From: Anaerolineales bacterium
GTDB lineage: Bacteria > Chloroflexota > Anaerolineae > Anaerolineales > JABWBV01
Direction of reading: 5' to 3'
Length of the DNA: 58,700 nt
Assembly: GCA_035512695.1 (NCBI GenBank)
Contig: DATKDL010000011.1
Coordinates: forward strand, 1 to 58,700
Shown: positions 56,186 through 58,700 of the stretch, piece after piece
Numbering within the stretch: position 1 is the first letter of the stretch
How the letters are laid out: every line of letters starts with the position of its first letter
Position numbers and translations under genes: made by a program
Notes under the pieces: generated by a model
The model's database searches: none
What the model saw: the letters and a program-made list of their open reading frames with translations, nothing else
Told to the model about the DNA's origin: nothing

Positions 56186-57027
56186 CCGGCGTACCAGCAG
56201 AGCCCGATCGTGCCGGGGCCGGTGTGGACGCCGATGGCCGGGCTGACCTCGGAAAGAAAGGTGTCTTCCGGGTTCAGCAGTGCAGCGGCTTCGTCCAGGA
56301 GCATCTGGGCGTCTACCGGAGAGTTTGCGTGGAGAGCGGTCAGCCGCACCGGTCGCGCGCCGCCGATGCGCTCGGAGACGAGTTCGGCGATCCGGCGGAT
56401 GACCTTTTTACGGGTCCGTACGCGCTCGACGGCTTCCAGCCGCCCGTGCTGTACTTCCAGGACCGGCTTGATGTTCAGCGCGGTGGCCAGGAACTTGGCC
56501 CCACCGCCGATCCGTCCGCCGCGGTGCAGGAATTCCAGGGTCTCAGGCGTGATGAATACACCGGTCTTGCCGATATTTCCTTCCGCTGCCTGTTTGCACT
56601 CCACCAGGCTCGCACCGGAAGCCGCCATCTCCGCGGCTTCGAGGACCTGGTATCCCAGCGCCATCGCGACCGTCATCGAGTCGACGATCTCGACGTTGGC
56701 TTCCGGGACGAGTTCCTTCGCCTGTTCGGCGGAACCGATCGTGCCGGACAGTTTGCTCGAGATCAGGACGCACAGGATGTCTTTCTTGCCCTCGTCGACG
56801 AGGTCCTGGAAGATTTTCTGGAAATAGGGGATGGAACATTGGGACGTGGTCGGGATCGTCGGGCTTTTTGAAAGCCGCTCGTAAAACGGACCTGCCTGGA
56901 TGTCGATCCCATCCAGCAGGGTTTCTTCGTCCCAGATCACGATCTGCGGGCCGACACGGATGTCGTATTTTTTGATCAGATCGCTCGGAATGGTCGACGT
57001 ACTGTCAGTGACAATCGCAACGGTCAT
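56182..57027 (-). CDS. DegV/FakB-family fatty-acid binding protein
   Basis: IVTDST, PTTSQ, ISSKLSGT, LEFLHRGGRIG, LNIKPVL, GVHTGPG. Confidence 0.95.
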   Translation of the reverse strand: MTVAIVTDSTSTIPSDLIKKYDIRVGPQIVIWDEETLLDGIDIQAGPFYERLSKSPTIPTTSQCSIPYFQKIFQDLVDEGKKDILCVLISSKLSGTIGSAEQAKELVPEANVEIVDSMTVAMALGYQVLEAAEMAASGASLVECKQAAEGNIGKTGVFITPETLEFLHRGGRIGGGAKFLATALNIKPVLEVQHGRLEAVERVRTRKKVIRRIAELVSERIGGARPVRLTALHANSPVDAQMLLDEAAALLNPEDTFLSEVSPAIGVHTGPGTIGLCWYAG

Positions 57028-57154
57028 GGAAGCTCCTCTCGGTTATTGTGAATTGTGATGTGCGGTGGATTTATTGGATTTTAACGTATTATTTCGGCTT
57101 GCGCACCTGCAACCGGGTTTCCGATTTAGAATCGATCTGAAAATTCGAGGGATT

Positions 57155-57205
57155 GGCGATGATTGGGGCGGATGCGGCGGAGCCGCATCCGCCCCAATCA
57201 TCGCC
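57155..57205. repeat. Perfect palindrome, 24-bp arms with GGA loop, between divergent genes
   Basis: ggcgatgattggggcggatgcggc gga gccgcatccgccccaatcatcgcc. Confidence 0.9.
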
Positions 57206-57319
57206 GGCCCAATTTTCGGATAGGTCTTTATTCCTCTGCTAAAATGCAGGACTTGACCTTTCCTCTCGGACTGGCTAAAATTCACGGTCGCGAACCGGTA
57301 GCGTAAAGATACGGAAACA

Positions 57320-58645
<1,326 letters not shown>

Positions 58646-58700
58646 CATGAAAATGCAAAAGTCCCGATCCGGAAATTCGGAGAGCGGGCGATTTTGGGGG

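Overview
GC-rich bacterial chromosome segment, probably Chloroflexota/Anaerolineae (inferred from gene content, not from a database search). It holds about 50 CDS. Housekeeping and metabolic genes include recQ, aspS, mutL, tilS, ffh, moeA, glgA-malQ, psuG, sodN-sodX, a ferredoxin, an AspA/FumC-family lyase and DegV. There are also two-component/ECF regulators and many lipoproteins and membrane proteins. RNA features are three tRNAs (Asp-GTC, Val-TAC, Leu-TAA), a 6S RNA and a probable preQ1-I riboswitch. Main points of interest: (1) a MerB-like organomercurial lyase next to tRNA-Val whose second catalytic Cys position is an in-frame UGA followed by a SECIS-like hairpin, i.e. a probable selenoprotein that the ORF track splits in two; (2) an SHMT-GcvT fusion containing a degenerate internal T-protein duplication; (3) about 14 unusually long, perfect intergenic palindromes, several of which mirror the 3' end and stop codon of the adjacent gene; (4) a two-gene candidate metal module (N-terminal-His exported protein plus a 4-TM protein with duplicated HxxEH...ExLH motifs); (5) an apparently catalytically dead XerD-like recombinase; (6) a leader peptide/terminator upstream of a non-discriminating aspS; (7) small LuxR and rhodanese gene remnants; and (8) a large Kelch-repeat protein missed by the ORF track. 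No CRISPR array, intact transposase or prophage was seen.
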